This document shows, piece after piece, positions 1 to 12,871 of a stretch of DNA of 59,329 nucleotides. Position 1 is the stretch's first letter; every line of letters starts with the position of its first letter. The notes below the pieces were generated by a model, which saw only the letters and a program-made list of their open reading frames with translations, searched no databases and had not been told where the DNA came from. The stretch lies in NCBI RefSeq assembly GCF_001194135.2, contig NC_068983.1:100644488-100703816 (forward strand). The letters are read 5' to 3'. The DNA is from Octopus bimaculoides. Its lineage: Eukaryota. Position numbers and translations under genes: made by a program.

Positions 1-207
1 ATATATATATATATATATATATACATATATGTGTGTGTGTATATGGAGACACAGACAGACAGACGGATTGATGTATAGATACACACATAAGTAAACGTAA
101 CAGATATGAATATGTATAGACATACGTAAATACACACACATACACGCGCGCGCGCGCACACACACACACACATACACACACACACACACACGCACACACA
201 CACACTT
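1..207. repeat. Compound (TA)n/(CA)n/(CG)n microsatellite block
   Basis: Direct reading; similar blocks recur throughout (e.g. 1890-2125, 3330-3420, 4390-4950, 14140-14240, 35570-35835, 42140-42580, 50990-51380). Confidence 0.95.
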
Positions 208-572
208 GTAAAGCGTTTCAAACGAAACTCGTATCAAGTGCGTGCGTGGAACAGAGCAGGTGTGTAAACGAACGAGAACATGAATGAGCGGGTGCGTAAA
301 CGAATGAGAGCCTGAATGAAATAAGTATATAGACATATGAACGCACGAACATTTCTTACAGGAGTTAGAGTACATGAAATAACAATAAATCAACCGCTAA
401 AATAAACAGAGAACAAAAAAGGACTTTGACGTTTAATTTCAATAATTACTACATTTTTTTTTCTTTTATTGGAGTGCGAACAAATTCTTTCTTTTCTCTT
501 GATGTGTCATTCCCCTCATGAACTATTTCATTTCTGCATATTCAAAGGCTGCTAATTTCTAAGCAATGTTTA

Positions 573-650
573 TGAAAGGGTGCTGAAAGGTTCCTGGCTT
601 GAAGGCTCTCGCGAAAGGCCTGCTTGGAGGCCCGACCATCTGAGTTCATT
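573..650 (+). mobile_element. Possible mariner terminal-repeat remnant
   Basis: tgaaagggtgctgaaaggttcctggctt resembles mariner-type TIR starts; no partner end found. Confidence 0.3.
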
Positions 651-1071
651 TACAGGGCTTAGAAACACCGAAGGGGAATATGCTGAATAAAATCGTAGTT
701 AACTGATCCGCCTGTATTTTCTTTGACCCAAAGCCAAGAACTTTTAAGCAGCACTCCCTCGTATATGTGCTCCATGCGTTGTTGGGTTTGTGCGTGATGT
801 GTGTGTGTGGGGGGGGGGCNNNNNNNNNNNNNNNNNNNNNNNNNNNNNNNNNNNNNNNNNNNNNNNNNNNNNNNNNNNNNNNNNNNNNNNNNNNNNNNNN
901 NNNNNNNNNNNNNNNNNNNNNNNNNNNNNNNNNNNNNNNNNNNNNNNNNNNNNNNNNNNNNNNNNNNNNNNNNNNNNNNNNNNNNNNNNNNNNNNNNNNN
1001 NNNNNNNNNNNNNNTATATATATGATGGATTCTCTCGACGTGAACGACAATTGAGGGTTCAGTAAAGTAAA

Positions 1072-1300
1072 GCAGTAATCATGTTCTATGGACATGTATG
1101 TGTCTCTTGAGGCCTACTGTTGCCTTGCAAGCCTTTCGGCAAAGGGAACAAGTTAAAAATTCAGTTTACTCGAGTGCTTGTGGGTCATTTATTATGTGTC
1201 TTCTTGAGCGGACGGCAAAGCCTGCTTTGCTTCGTGCCACAAAACCACGATGACACCAGGTAAGGTTTCCATTTGGAGGAGTAGCGTTTTGCCTGCGTGC
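1072..1300 (-). mobile_element. Decayed C2H2-like zinc-finger tail, probably the 3' end of an RTE-clade LINE ORF
   Basis: Minus-strand translation gives LTCSLCRKACKATVGLKRHIHVH and, further upstream, CHRGFVARSKAGFAVRSRRH, typical of RTE C-termini. Confidence 0.45.
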
Positions 1301-1888
1301 CTTCATGTTTGCATGAAGTTGGTCCCAGTATTGGAGTCGACTTCGCTCAAATCTTTGAACTTAGAAGAAGCAGGACTGGTGCTAGATCCTGCTTTCTGAT
1401 GCGTTGTTTTCTCAGTGAAGAAAAAGAAATTAGGCGCGCGCGAGCGTGTGCCTGTGTGTGAAGCGGAAATGACCAGTGTGCTCAGTAGCATGCATTTTGA
1501 TTTAAATAAAAACGGAAAGGATTATATTAAATGACATGCAAAATAAAAGCTTGATTTATTGAAATTATCTCCGTTTCTAGAGAGTAAGCCAATACTTTGG
1601 TGAAAATTGGAAGCAATTCCAAATAAGAAGAGATAATCTCAAATATCAAAGATTCTCCGAGATTGATATGTCATTACAGTAAAGAGAATCTGATTATCTG
1701 AGGAAGTAATTTGCATAAATGAAACGAAAATGAGTTAAGAGAAACGATTCAGAGTGGCCAGTGACATGTATCTGAGCAATAGAGACGAATAAGGGTAAAT
1801 TAAATTGCCCATAAGAAGAATTCTTCATTTCTTGAAATTATTTCCACTTCAAGAAAGGATTGACCTATCGCTTTGAAGCCGTGCATAC

Positions 1889-1939
<51 letters not shown>

Positions 1940-2039
1940 CGCATGTATGTATATTCATATCTCTGCGTTTACATATGTATATATATACATATATGTACAA
2001 ACACACGCTCACATACACGCGCGCGCGAGCGAGCGCACG

Positions 2040-2100
<61 letters not shown>

Positions 2101-2544
2101 GCACATATATATATATATATATATTATGGCCGTCGACTCGTTAATCGAGTATGACTCTTCTCAACACCAGCACTAACAGGTTACATACACGCAGACACCA
2201 ACTCGCAGGCAATATGGAGCTGAATATTTACAGTTGTATATTTCCAGATGGTTAGAGATGACTCTTTAGTCCAGTCAGAGATTTGCAAACTTTTTTACAC
2301 AGACAACATGAAAATGCTTGATTTTGCTGTAAAGACTGCTGGAAATTGTTGTGACATTTCATGTACGTTGTCAACCTAAATTTACTTCTGTTGATCTTAT
2401 TGCAAACAGAACAAGCTAATTCATCAGACTGTGATTATGAAAAGTTAGTAGAGGCCTATATACGTGCTTCCACTTATAACTAACTAGTCCAGCTTGGGAG
2501 AGACAAATACGGTTGCAGATATCACCGAGTTAGGAGAGAAGGCT

Positions 2545-2990
2545 CATTGGCCACATGCTAACCCTTTCTTGCCTCTCTTTTTATCAGTGCACGTTTCTGC
2601 TTATTATTTTCAAACGAGACAGCACCTTCTCGGAATTTTCTCCTCCATTTTGGTCGGTCCACTGCATCACTCTTCCATATTGAAACCCTTCAGAGAGCTA
2701 ACTATTAAATCTTTGAAATGCAATTTTGGTTTACATTGCGGCCTCTTTGCTCCTTTTGTCTCACCATATAATAGTCGTTTGGATATGCATTGATCAGATT
2801 CCTTTATCAGATGGCCAGTCCAACGAAGTCTGAGTCGAGGAATTTCAGTTTCAATGCCATCCACACCATCACACTCAAGCACTTCAGTATCTAGTAATTT
2901 GTGCACCCATTTGATTATCAGTATAGAGCGCAAAAATCGTTGATGAAATCGCTCTTGTAACCTGAAGAGCTTCCTATATACTATCCATGT
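2545..2990 (-). mobile_element. RTE-clade LINE, C-terminal ORF fragment (frameshifted)
   Basis: LRWTGHLIKESDQCISKRLLYGETKGAKRPQCKPKLHFKDLIVSSLK, then in a shifted frame DAVDRPKWRRKFREGAVSFENNKQKRALIKREARK; matches the RTE/BovB post-RT region. Confidence 0.85.
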
Positions 2991-3324
2991 CCAGTATGAG
3001 TAAAGAATGAATGAAAGTACACAAGCCCTGTCCTCTGTATTCTTGGTTCAAGGTTATTTTCTCTGTACGTTTTGGTTGTGCTTGCAGAGGCATTCCAAAG
3101 TTTTAGGGAGGGTGTATATATTCATCATAGAAACGCCGATAAAATATTTTATTTGGAGAGGCTGTCAGCAAAAACAAAGACGTTTACCTCTCTAATAACA
3201 GATTTATTGTATGCAAATCCACTCACAGATTTATTGTATGCAGATCCACTCACAAGGCTATAGTAGAAGGTACGTGCCCAAAGTACCACACAGCCACGCC
3301 TGCACATATGTGTGTATGTGTATG

Positions 3325-3415
<91 letters not shown>

Positions 3416-3544
3416 CGCGCAATGACATGGTACAATGCTTTCGTGCATTATTTTAGGAGCCTTTATAATCACGGGCAGACATAACTTCTCGACTCTTACA
3501 TATTTGAACCCAAGGGAACTTCCATATAAAATTTTTTAATGCAG

Positions 3545-3693
3545 GCGCAGGCAAAGAAGCTTGCTTCCCAACCACATAGTTCCGGGTTCAGTCCCACTAC
3601 GTGGCACCCTAGGCAAGTGTCTTTCACTATAACATCGGACCGACCAAAGACCTATGAGTTAATTTGGTAGACGGAAAGTGAAAAAAGCCTGTC

Positions 3694-3700
<7 letters not shown>
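3545..3700 (+). mobile_element. tRNA-derived SINE, local family C
   Basis: aagaagcttgcttcccaaccaca..ttccgggttcagtcccact (B-box-like), ending in a (TA)n tail; related copies at 42225-42380 (-) and 54150-54435. Confidence 0.75.
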
Positions 3701-3729
<29 letters not shown>

Positions 3730-3997
3730 GCTAATACACGACTTACATACATACATACATACAAACATACATACATACATACATACATACATACATACAT
3801 ACATACATACATACATACATACATANNNNNNNNNNGCTAATACACGACTTACATACATACATACATACAAACATACATACATACATACATACATACATAC
3901 ATACATACATACATACATACATACATACACATATACATACATACCTGCGTACGTACATACATACATACATACATACATACATACATACATACATACA

Positions 3998-4028
<31 letters not shown>

Positions 4029-4396
4029 TATAACGCTAACACAAATGCTCATCTATTCACATTCTCACCATTTCAGACTGGCAGATTCCTTAGTGCGTCA
4101 AATAAATTACTTTTTAGAATTTAGTTATGCACCTTTACATTTAGTAACAGCACTTTAACGTTCGGTGTTGAAATCACACTGAGGTCAACTTTTCTTTTCA
4201 TCCTTTCCGTGATCGACAAAGTAAAGTACAAGTCAAGTACTCGATTGCTTCCTATAATGCATCATTGATGTGAATGGAATTATAACACATTTCATTCACA
4301 TAATTATAATAGATTTCACTGACATTATATTTTTCTATTCTCATAAACATATCTACGCGCATATCTATTTGCCTGTATGTCTGTCTATCATATATA

Positions 4397-4428
<32 letters not shown>

Positions 4429-4760
4429 AATCTATATATAGAAATATATGTGTGTGTGTGTGTGTGTATGTGTGTGTGTATGTGTGTGTGTGTGTGTGTG
4501 TGTATAGTTATTGTGTATGTGTGTATTATAGTCTTATATTCTTTTATGCATTTCAGACCAAATGTTGTGGCCATGCTGGGACATCACTAGTATAGTCACC
4601 ATTTCGATGGTCATTGTCATGTGGTTGGCTTTTGGTGAAGGGTAAGTTTGATGTATACATACGTACATGCATACGTACATACATACATACATACATACAT
4701 GCATACATACATATACGCGTGTGTATGTGTATACAGTTCCTCTAAATGCGTGTGCATTAG

Positions 4761-4796
<36 letters not shown>

Positions 4797-5431
4797 ATAG
4801 ATAAGTATATATGTATATGTATATATGCATATATGTGTGTGTGTGTATACACTTCCTCTAAATACGTGTGTATTATACAAATGTATATATGTATATACAT
4901 GTGTGTTTGTATGTGTGTGTGTATGTGTGTGTGTGTGCGTGTGTGTGTGCGCGCGCGTGCAAATTCAGTCGCTGTTACATACCAACATATTTGTGTTCAT
5001 GCTTCGCTCGAAATATTTATCTTCACTGTAGAACCACTCCCTGTTATATGTTGGAGTACAATGTGTGTGGGTGGGTTTGTATAATTTCTGGGTGTGTACT
5101 ACTTTCGTATATACACAACGTGTGACTATCTGTGTATGCTTGCGTTTTGTGTGTACAATTTTTTTACGTATGTATATACATGTATATACAATTTTGTTAT
5201 ATACATTTCAGAAAATGTACAATTTCGGTGTATGTGCATGCGTGTATAATGTATTGAATGTGCGTAGGGGTAGGGGTTGTATATGACGAGTGGACATACA
5301 AGTAGTGCATGTGAAGTGTATGGTGAGGCGTATTATGTGTGTGTGTGGAATATATGTAGCATGTATGTAGATTTTGTATATAGTATGTATATAGCGTCTG
5401 TAAAGGTGCCTTGTTTTAAAATTCTTTGTAC

Positions 5432-5462
<31 letters not shown>

Positions 5463-5495
5463 TTTGTGTGCGTATGTGTATAAGTGAGAAGGGTG

Positions 5496-5528
<33 letters not shown>

Positions 5529-5795
5529 ATCCAGTTTGTCCTTGTCTTAGTGAATGATTGCCTTCGATTCAATTGATTCAGTTTACCAACAAGGTTAAAA
5601 CACAGTTCGTCTGCTCTGACATGTCATACAATAACGATTGATTATTTGATTGATTGAGTGAGTGAGTGAATGATTGATTGATTAAGTGACAGGTCGGTTG
5701 ATCGATCAGTGGTCAATGTCAAAACTAAAGTGACGAAATAAACAAATAAGAAGGGCGAAAATACAAAGAAAAAGATTAACATAAATGTTACTCAC

Positions 5796-5994
5796 TTTGA
5801 CAATTTAAACGTTCCTTCCTTTTTTCCTCTCCTTTTTAAAATTACTAACTGTTGTGTTCTGTATATTTTAGTCGGATCTTTTTAGTTGCTGTTTAACGTT
5901 TTCTATTTTTCTCTTTTAAGTATTCTTTTGACTTTTATTGTATCCAGGAGTAATTTCCGAAGTTTTCTCGATCTTTCGTTGGATATCGGACGAG

Positions 5995-6049
<55 letters not shown>

Positions 6050-6480
6050 CGGGTATTCATAAAGAAGTACGTTATTTGTTTAGTTATTCCTCGTAATCAT
6101 TTATTACGTTTTTTTCTTTCTTTCTGTCTTTCTGTCAACACCACCCGTTTTCATAAATGTATACAAGATACTGTTGTCTTTTAAATATAATTCGTTTTAG
6201 TTCCATAATCTTCTTCGAAATTCCCCTAGTTGCTCCATAATAATCTTTAAATGTATATATATTATACGTACATATATATATATATATATATCTTTGTATG
6301 ATTCTCACTGTTGTTCCCTATGTTCTTTTCTCTCGAAATATCACTTTGTGAGATTAAAATTACTTTTATTGTAATTTTTTTTGTTTGTTTTTTTGTTTTT
6401 TGTTTTGTTTTTTTCGGAGCTGTACGAAAGTCCTAGGCAAGCACGCCAATCAGTCGACCGGCTGCGGCGTCGGAGTCAAT
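5796..6480 (-). promoter_or_regulatory. Candidate promoter and non-coding first exon of a gene running leftwards
   Basis: CpG-rich patch with CCAAT (6446-6450), A-rich minus strand containing (AAT)n, and a strong donor caaa|GTGAGT with GT at 5795-5794. Confidence 0.25.
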
Positions 6481-6865
6481 GAGGGAAAGACAAAGTAGCA
6501 CAGAGAGAGAGAGAGAGAGAGAAGAAAACAGAGAGAGAAGGAAACAGAGAGAGAAGGAAGGGAAGGAGGAATAGGAGGAGAAAGAGTGATTGTGATATTT
6601 TTATTGAGGGAGAAAGAGAAGAGAGAAGTCGAACGACAACATTCGATCCTTATGTTTATATTCCGTTCAGTGAACGCCACCCACCTACATGTGAGCTAAC
6701 CAAGATGTTACTACTAACTGGAGCGCTGGCCTAAACGCTTGCGTAGGTTTGCGTGCTCTTCGCAGAATGATCAGGCACCATCTAATCTACATATATTTGT
6801 GATTGTGTTCGATTACGTAGAGCGCGCGCTTATATAGATACACACACACACACACATACAGATAC

Positions 6866-6916
<51 letters not shown>

Positions 6917-7832
6917 TACATACATACATACATATATACGTTGATAGATAAATACATACGTGCGTGTGTAAGTATACATGAGTGTGTGCTGAGATATATT
7001 CGTTTGTTTCAGTCACTGGACTATGGCCATGGTGGGACACCACTTTGAAAGGTTTCGTCGGACAAATCACCGCCAGTATACTTATATACGTTAGTACATA
7101 TTCTATCATTCCTGGGGATGGGGTCTTTTCTGTTGTTGTTGTTGTTTTTTGCTTTGTTTTGTTTTTTGTTTTTGTTTTTTTTCCTAAAACGTTAACTTAC
7201 AAAGCATCAAACGAGACAACAAATGTCAAACAGTGGGACACACACGCAAACGCACTCAGACTCACACACGCACACACATACACGCACCCCTTCACACGCC
7301 CACACACACGATGGGCTTCCACACAGTTTCCCTCAATAAGATTCATTCACAAAGCGTTGGTTGACTCGGAGTTATAATAGAAGGACGACACTTGGCTAAA
7401 AAGTACAGCGCACTTCGACCGGGCCTGTAAATATATAGTTGCATAGCGAATTCTCTGGCCACAAAGCCATCCCTGCATCTATATATATATGTGTGTGTGT
7501 ATTCTCCTATATGTATTTATGCGTGTATGTATGAACTAGGGGTGGGTATTGGAAAGTTCAATGTCTCACAGTGACCAGTAGTTCCATCTCGGAAAGGAAT
7601 CCTCGGAAAGGAGTCCTCGGAAAGGAATCCTCGGATAGTCTGAGATCTCGAGATGATATTGTGATACTGACAATTAGTCATTGGGAAGCATTCAACTTGC
7701 CGATATCCACAATAAAATTGTTACTATTTGTAGCTTCATAAAGAATCTGTCTTCCTCTCTTTCTCTCTGTGTGTGCATGTAATATAATATGATAATATGT
7801 ATATCTGTATGTGTGCGTGTAACATGTATATC

Positions 7833-7864
<32 letters not shown>

Positions 7865-8095
7865 TGGACAGGTGGTTAGGGTGTTGCGCTCACGATCACA
7901 GGATTGTGGTTTCCATTCCTGAACAAGCGGTGCGTTGTTGTTTTTGGATAATAACCCCTGCGATGGACTGGCGTTCCGCTCAGGGGAGAATGGTCTGCCA
8001 CCTTGTTAGCGAAGTGACATTCATTTGAAAGCAACAACAATGCAAGGGATCGCATTGGGACCGGTGGTACACAATATCCATTAATCAAGTCGATA
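7865..8095 (+). mobile_element. tRNA-headed SINE with conserved central motif
   Basis: ggtggttagggtgttgcgctcacgatcacaggattgtggtttccattcc head followed by aacccctgcgatggactggcgttccgctcagggg. Confidence 0.6.
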
Positions 8096-8178
8096 CAGTA
8101 ATATATATGGGCGTGTGTGAGTGCGAATATGTGTGCATTATATACGTGTATATTTACATATGTGTATGTCTGTGTGTG

Positions 8179-8228
<50 letters not shown>

Positions 8229-8421
8229 TATCATGCATACGTGTGTGTGTGTGTGTGCGTGCGTACGTGCGTGCTTGTGTGTGCATAGTGTGTGGTACGA
8301 ATTTCAACTATAGCATTCGATCAGTTGAGAGCGAAAAGATATAATAAATAACCACATAAAACCTAAAACCTATCTAGAGTAGATAAACTTAAGTATTTCA
8401 CAAGGTTTTTTATGGATTTTA

Positions 8422-8422
8422 G

Positions 8423-8465
<43 letters not shown>

Positions 8466-8541
8466 AGAAGAAGAAGAAGAAGAAGAAGAAGAAGAAGAAG
8501 AAGAAGAAGAAGAAGAAGAAGAAGAAGAAGAAGAAGAAGAA
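8422..8541 (+). repeat. (GCA)n/(GAA)n trinucleotide array running into a gap
   Basis: Direct reading; explains the poly-S/R/F ORFs. Confidence 0.95.
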
Positions 8542-10184
8542 NNNNNNNNNNNNNNNNNNNNNNNNNNNNNNNNNNNNNNNNNNNNNNNNNNNNNNNNNNN
8601 NNNNNNNNNNNNNNNNNNNNNNNNNNNNNNNNNNNNNNNNNNNNNNNNNNNNNNNNNNNNNNNNNNNNNNNNNNNNNNNNNNNNNNNNNNNNNNNNNNNN
8701 NNNNNNNNNNNNNNNNNNNNNNNNNNNNNNNNNNNNNNNNNNNNNNNNNNNNNNNNNNNNNNNNNNNNNNNNNNNNNNNNNNNNNNNNNNNNNNNNNNNN
8801 NNNNNNNNNNNNNNNNNNNNNNNNNNNNNNNNNNNNNNNNNNNNNNNNNNNNNNNNNNNNNNNNNNNNNNNNNNNNNNNNNNNNNNNNNNNNNNNNNNNN
8901 NNNNNNNNNNNNNNNNNNNNNNNNNNNNNNNNNNNNNNNNNNNNNNNNNNNNNNNNNNNNNNNNNNNNNNNNNNNNNNNNNNNNNNNNNNNNNNNNNNNN
9001 NNNNNNNNNNNNNNNNNNNNNNNNNNNNNNNNNNNNNNNNNNNNNNNNNNNNNNNNNNNNNNNNNNNNNNNNNNNNNNNNNNNNNNNNNNNNNNNNNNNN
9101 NNNNNNNNNNNNNNNNNNNNNNNNNNNNNNNNNNNNNNNNNNNNNNNNNNNNNNNNNNNNNNNNNNNNNNNNNNNNNNNNNNNNNNNNNNNNNNNNNNNN
9201 NNNNNNNNNNNNNNNNNNNNNNNNNNNNNNNNNNNNNNNNNNNNNNNNNNNNNNNNNNNNNNNNNNNNNNNNNNNNNNNNNNNNNNNNNNNNNNNNNNNN
9301 NNNNNNNNNNNNNNNNNNNNNNNNNNNNNNNNNNNNNNNNNNNNNNNNNNNNNNNNNNNNNNNNNNNNNNNNNNNNNNNNNNNNNNNNNNNNNNNNNNNN
9401 NNNNTTGGAGAGTTAATTATTATACACATAAGTGACAGACGAAGACTTGAGAGCGGAGAAATTTATATACTTAGTTATGTCCGATCACTCTCTTTGTACT
9501 CTCAACATTTATTTCTCATATTAGTGCAAGATGTCATTTTGAAAGAGGCGACAAATGTGTCAGTATAAAGTCATGCTCCCCCCCCCACACACACACACAC
9601 ACGCACACACTTTTTGGGGTTTTGGGGGCTTTCAAATTGTTTATTTATCTAGATAGTTAGTCCACTTTCAAACGTTTTTGCTGTGTAAATGAAATTAAAG
9701 CACTACGACCGTTTGTCCTTCCAACCACGCGGTTCTGAGCTCAATATCGCTGCGCAGCAAACTTTATAAGCGTTTTCTGCTTAGGTTCCGACTGAGGAAC
9801 GTCTTGTGAGCGGAATTTTGTAGATATGAACTGTGCAGATGCCTGTCACATTTATGTGTGAATGTGTGTGTGAGTATGTGTGTATGCGAAGATATAAATG
9901 TACATATACTTTCACGCCCCGCATATCTATATACATACACACATTTATATATAGTACGTAAAGGGAATTTGCTGGATCTAGGCGATTATCCCAGTCAGCA
10001 CTCATGCAAACTCCCAGCTAACAAGATGAATGTAAGGGAAAAACAATCCAGTAAATCTTAAATGTTTCACACAAACTGAAAATTCAGGAAATTTTCATAA
10101 ATTGCTGAGTGTAACATAAAAAATATTTGGGAATGAAAACATTAATATCACATTTATTATCCAGTTACAATCGTTTTAATAACA

Positions 10185-11165
10185 GGTTATTGAAATGAAC
10201 TTGCACGTATCCAAGGCAAGTGCAGCAGAACAGAGGACAAGATGACCCACACTACACGCTTCCTAGATATATTGAAAACCAACGGGTATCCTAGATCCAT
10301 TATAAATCGGCTTAAGTAACCAAGACGACCAGCACGCCGAACACATAGAAAACCCAGCAACACATGCTTCCTTAAAATACCCCATTTTAGTGAGAGGATA
10401 ACTACAGCCATCCGAACAGCCATAAGAAGAGAAGGGCTAGACATACAACTAGCCCACTCCGGCCCCTCTCTGAGAGAACACCTCGCAAAGAAACGAATAA
10501 GGGACAACAATCAATGCACATTAACAAATTGTCCCATCCGTGACACAGATTTATGCCAACGGGTAAATGCTGTGTATAGAATACAATGTAACAAATGCAA
10601 CAAGTTCTATGTGGGTAGAACAACAAGACCGTTACACGTCCGCATCAAAGAACATCTGAACACGAGAGCCTCCTTCTTCAGAAAACATCTAGACAGATGC
10701 TGGAACACTGACAAAAGCATAACAGTCACAATTGAGGACAATGAAAGAAACTTGGGTAATTTAAGAATTAAGGAAGCATTACTCATACACAGACTAGGAC
10801 CCCAAATTAACAACAGGCTGGAGATTGGTAATCAATATATTATTTAGCTACATCTGGACGTGTATAGGTTCATTCTTAATAACATGCTCATGTATTGTTT
10901 ATAACAAAAAAAAAAAAGAGAAGCTGCACGTATAACACATAACTTAGAAGCAGCGCTACAGATATACCAACACACGCGAGATTGAAACATAGCCGACCTC
11001 ACGCACTTCTCGTGAGGAATTCCGGAAGGAGCTTCGTGAGACCACTACTGAGACACTTCCGGCAAAAAAAAAATAAGAAAAGCCGTTAGTAAACAGTTGA
11101 TAGCAGAGACTCCATCTAAGAAGATCTGAAGAAGGAATTGTATTCCGAAATATCATCGGACTATA
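10185..11165 (+). mobile_element. Penelope-like element, 5'-truncated: RT C-terminal region, GIY-YIG endonuclease and 3' tail
   Basis: LKTNGYPRSII...FLKIPHFSERIT...CQRVNAVYRIQCNKCNKFYVGRTTRPLHVRIKEH...LRIKEALLIHRLGPQINNR (ORF 10572-10847). Confidence 0.9.
11123..11157 (+). ncRNA. Minimal type I hammerhead ribozyme motif (short stem I)
   Basis: GAU-CUGAAGA-A-GGAAU(UGU)AUUCC-GAAA-UA-UC/AUC: intact core, 5-bp stem II, palindromic stem III, 3-bp stem I. Confidence 0.6.
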
Positions 11166-12721
11166 GAGAACTAAATTACAAGTATATAGTCCACTTTTTT
11201 TTTTGTATTATAGTGCATTGTTGTACCATTCAAAACTTTTTNNNNNNNNNNNNNNNNNNNNNNNNNNNNNNNNNNNNNNNNNNNNNNNNNNNNNNNNNNN
11301 NNNNNNNNNNNNNNNNNNNNNNNNNNNNNNNNNNNNNNNNNNNNNNNNNNNNNNNNNNNNNNNNNNNNNNNNNNNNNNNNNNNNNNNNNNNNNNNNNNNN
11401 NNNNNNNNNNNNNNNNNNNNNNNNNNNNNNNNNNNNNNNNNNNNNNNNNNNNNNNNNNNNNNNNNNNNNNNNNNNNNNNNNNNNNNNNNNNNNNNNNNNN
11501 NNNNNNNNNNNNNNNNNNNNNNNNNNNNNNNNNNNNNNNNNNNNNNNNNNNNNNNNNNNNNNNNNNNNNNNNNNNNNNNNNNNNNNNNNNNNNNNNNNNN
11601 NNNNNNNNNNNNNNNNNNNNNNNNNNNNNNNNNNNNNNNNNNNNNNNNNNNNNNNNNNNNNNNNNNNNNNNNNNNNNNNNNNNNNNNNNNNNNNNNNNNN
11701 NNNNNNNNNNNNNNNNNNNNNNNNNNNNNNNNNNNNNNNNNNNNNNNNNNNNNNNNNNNNNNNNNNNNNNNNNNNNNNNNNNNNNNNNNNNNNNNNNNNN
11801 NNNNNNNNNNNNNNNNNNNNNNNNNNNNNNNNNNNNNNNNNNNNNNNNNNNNNNNNNNNNNNNNNNNNNNNNNNNNNNNNNNNNNNNNNNNNNNNNNNNN
11901 NNNNNNNNNNNNNNNNNNNNNNNNNNNNNNNNNNNNNNNNNNNNNNNNNNNNNNNNNNNNNNNNNNNNNNNNNNNNNNNNNNNNNNNNNNNNNNNNNNNN
12001 NNATATATATATATATATATATATATATACAAAATTAATATAAACAGCAGGTTGCAATGTTTCACCAAAAAGGAGAATTATAATTGTCACTAAATGTGAC
12101 CAGGATGTTAAAAACACCTACATTGCTAGCATTTATTTATACACACGCATATATATATACTTTTCTTTACCTTGTACCACCAAAACTTGATCCAGCAGCA
12201 AATCCATTTACTTCTACTAAAACGTCGTTGCCATTGCGTGGCAGTGGCATAAAACACAACACACCAACACATCAGTACATGCACATCTATTCACACATGA
12301 GGTACACACAGACATACACACACGCCAGCGAACTAATATCACTAACAAACCACACTCGACTTCAGAGAGTCACACCAGTCCTAGAACATGACTCTAGGTA
12401 TACAAACTGGAATTGATGTCGCTACCAAATTAATAGCATCATGTAACCCGCATTGATCAACGACGCTCAATATCCAGAAGCCATGATAGATTTGTCTCAT
12501 TCGGTTTCTACAAGCCCTACGAAGAATTAAGTTGCATGAAGCCGAATCAAACTGCTGTTAAATAATATACATACGCACACACGCGCGCACGCACACACAC
12601 ACACTCACACACACGCACGCACACGCACACACGCACACACACATACACAAGAAAAAACTACAACGCGAGGACGTGATACATGCAAAGTATCAAAAGACGC
12701 TCAGGGAAGGAAAGAAAGGGT

Positions 12722-12756
12722 GTTTTACGTTTCGAGCAAAGATCTTCTTCAGAAAC
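12722..12756 (-). ncRNA. Minimal type I hammerhead ribozyme motif
   Basis: Minus strand GUUU-CUGAAGA-A-GAUC(UUU)GCUC-GAAA-CG-UA/AAAC: intact core, perfect 4-bp stem I, stem II with a mismatch. Confidence 0.7.
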
Positions 12757-12830
12757 TGGAGACAGAGGAAAGTCCCAAGAAGAGGAAGACGGAGGAATAT
12801 ATGGATCAAAACAGTTTGATTCAAATTCGT

Positions 12831-12871
12831 TGGTACTCTTGAGTTTCAAGCGTGATGCTAGCCGTCAGCCA
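12831..12871 (-). ncRNA. Degenerate hammerhead ribozyme motif
   Basis: Minus strand UGG-CUGACGG-C-UAGC(AUCAC)GCUU-GAAA-CUC(AA)GAG-UA/CCA: A9 to G change and a U.U pair at the stem II base. Confidence 0.5.

Noticed and set aside
8412-9429. Long ORFs of 250-390 aa in the track (also 11138-12117, 52055-52999, 54662-55901)
   Set aside because: They consist of N-gap X residues and microsatellite translations.
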